This document shows positions 62,384-64,000 of a DNA stretch of 64,000 bases, one piece after another. The stretch comes from an uncultured bacterium (GTDB lineage Bacteria; Acidobacteriota; Thermoanaerobaculia; Multivoradales; JAHZIX01), in the NCBI GenBank assembly GCA_965368975.1, contig CBDUPA010000001.1, forward strand, positions 672,001 through 736,000. Direction: 5' to 3'. The notes below the pieces were generated by a model. The model was not told the origin of the DNA and did not search any database. It saw nothing but the letters and a program-made list of their open reading frames with translations. Position 1 is the stretch's first letter; each line of letters begins with the position of its first letter. A program made the position numbers and the translations under genes.

Positions 62384-63442
62384 ATGTTTACATTCGCTCA
62401 GCAGTTCACTCTCTCATTACAACTTCCGAAGGGTGCTCGGTGGATCCGGTTGGTGTTGGCCGGCGCGCTACTCCTCGCGCCGGCGGTCAATGCTCAGCCT
62501 ACGTGCGACGCCTGGCCCGTGACGGTGGGTGAGACTGTGCGTCACGCCGGTGGCGGCGTCGGGGACAGCGCTTGCTTCCTTCTCGACGTGCCGCTGGAGA
62601 GCCTCTTGGCCGTCGATGCCTTGACGCCGGTCGACGGCGCCCGTGTGCGTCTGCACCTGCAGTCGGCTGCCGGGCACCGTCAGCTGCGGGCCAGCGGTGA
62701 CAGCCAGCTACAACTCGCGGCCGCGGGTCAGTACCGGCTGCGCGTCGAGGCCGAAGATCCCCGGAAGCCACTGCCCAGCTTCCGCTTGCTCGTCCGCGCT
62801 TTACCCTCGGTGTCTCCCGCTTCGCAGTTCATTCCGGCACCTTCCGGCGCTCACGGTGAGCTAGATACGGAACTCGAGATCGACCCGAATCTCTTGCTCT
62901 CGGGGTTGGACCTACCCAGCACGGGAACGGACGACGGGGAGCTGGACACCGAGCTGGAAATCGACCCCAACCTCGGGGAGTTGGACACCGAGCTGGAGAT
63001 CGACCCCAACCTGCTGCGCGTGGAGCTGACATCGACGCTGACATCCCTGCTGACGCGCCTGTGTGGCCAAGCCGAACTCGACGATCACGGTGACGACGTG
63101 CTGTGTGCCACGCCGCTGACGGACGGCGTCGAGGCGCACGGCGAGATCGCCAATGCGTACAGCGATGATCGCGATGTCTACCGCTTCCGAGTCGAGGAGC
63201 TGGCGACCGTAGCGTTGCAGGTGGCGGGGCAGGCGGAGTTCTGTGCTGACTTGGTCGACGCGGCCGGTCAGCACCTGGACGCGCGGTGGAGTCGGGACGC
63301 GGAGCGGCTGCGCGGCGTCGTCACGCTGGTTGCCGGTAGCTATGAGCTGCGTGTCGAGGGGTGCGGCGGGACGGGGGGGAACTATCGTGTTTCGCTAGAA
63401 GACCAAGAGACTCTTGGCGGCTCTGCCGTACCGGCTTTCTGA
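62384..63442 (+). CDS. Secreted protein with PPC-like beta domains and three GELDTELEIDPNL repeats
   Basis: Signal peptide; DDHGD..CATPL, DDRDVYRF, AGSYELRVEG. Confidence 0.7.
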   Translation: MFTFAQQFTLSLQLPKGARWIRLVLAGALLLAPAVNAQPTCDAWPVTVGETVRHAGGGVGDSACFLLDVPLESLLAVDALTPVDGARVRLHLQSAAGHRQLRASGDSQLQLAAAGQYRLRVEAEDPRKPLPSFRLLVRALPSVSPASQFIPAPSGAHGELDTELEIDPNLLLSGLDLPSTGTDDGELDTELEIDPNLGELDTELEIDPNLLRVELTSTLTSLLTRLCGQAELDDHGDDVLCATPLTDGVEAHGEIANAYSDDRDVYRFRVEELATVALQVAGQAEFCADLVDAAGQHLDARWSRDAERLRGVVTLVAGSYELRVEGCGGTGGNYRVSLEDQETLGGSAVPAF

Positions 63443-63536
63443 ACCTCTCGAACGACCCTTTCCATACTCCGATCGAGTGTGAGCCCGTGCAGGGAAGTAC
63501 GGGCTCGCTTGCGTTCGGGACGATTGTGCGAGGCAA

Positions 63537-64000
63537 TCAGAAGACGAGGATGGAGCGCAGTTTCGGATTTGCTGCCCGCAAGAAGGTGTAACCCACGCCC
63601 GCCGAGCCGAGCATCAAGCCGGGTACGGCGAAGCGCGGGGAGACCCCGGAGGGCCACTGGTTGTCTCCGGCGTACCGCTCGGCCAGGCAACGCAGTGCCC
63701 CCTCGGCCAGATGGCGGTAGCGAAGTTCACCGAGAACCTCCGCAGCCACCAATAGCGTTTCGACCAGGCCGCAGAGTCCATGGCACAGGGTCGTGTCCAG
63801 GTTGGGGCGTCTCAGCCGTGCGCGCAGCGTCTCGGCGGCCGTGGTAACTCCGGCACGGGCCGCAGGCAGATAGTACTCGGCCCCTTCGGGGTTGAGCTGC
63901 AAGGCGCGGAGCCGTGCCAGCGCGATTCCCGGTGCACCGTGGCACCAGGCAACCCTGTACCGAGGTGGAGTGGACTCCCTATTGGCTTCCGGGGAGGGTA
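63537..64000 (-). CDS. C-terminus of a LanC-like/LanM lanthionine cyclase (truncated at window end)
   Basis: Frame is open to the edge; AWCHGAPGIALAR, LCHGLCG, GLMLGSAGVG. Confidence 0.88.
   Translation of the reverse strand, partial: PSPEANRESTPPRYRVAWCHGAPGIALARLRALQLNPEGAEYYLPAARAGVTTAAETLRARLRRPNLDTTLCHGLCGLVETLLVAAEVLGELRYRHLAEGALRCLAERYAGDNQWPSGVSPRFAVPGLMLGSAGVGYTFLRAANPKLRSILVF

Overview
High-GC bacterial window, most consistent with Acidobacteriota. Supporting signs are three ADOP-type duplicated ABC permeases (one with a PadR partner), three TIGR02999-like ECF sigma factors and two Ser/Thr kinases. No rRNA, tRNA, CRISPR array or transposase was recognised. Housekeeping-type genes include deaD, a MoxR/DUF58/BatA/BatB operon, vapBC, sodN and a MutS-domain-V protein. 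The stand-out is a three-gene cassette at 15568-17986 encoding a 2OG-Fe(II)-type oxygenase, a 173-aa multicore precursor-like peptide (nine AAYNY and two AYFWDHR motifs) and an atypical cytochrome P450. It is bracketed by a 96-bp diverged direct repeat of the DUF885 3' end and looks like a multicore, aromatic-crosslinked RiPP system. Other leads: an uncalled 47-aa peptide with three I[V/D]P[N/D]G repeats; a multiheme cytochrome/ASPIC-UnbV/CX11CX2C radical SAM operon; a chain of ATGA-coupled mini-ORFs between batA and batB; a paralogous pair of long helical proteins; a low-GC GmrSD-like nuclease; and the C-terminus of a LanC/LanM-type cyclase at the right edge. All family assignments come from motif recognition by eye, not database searches.
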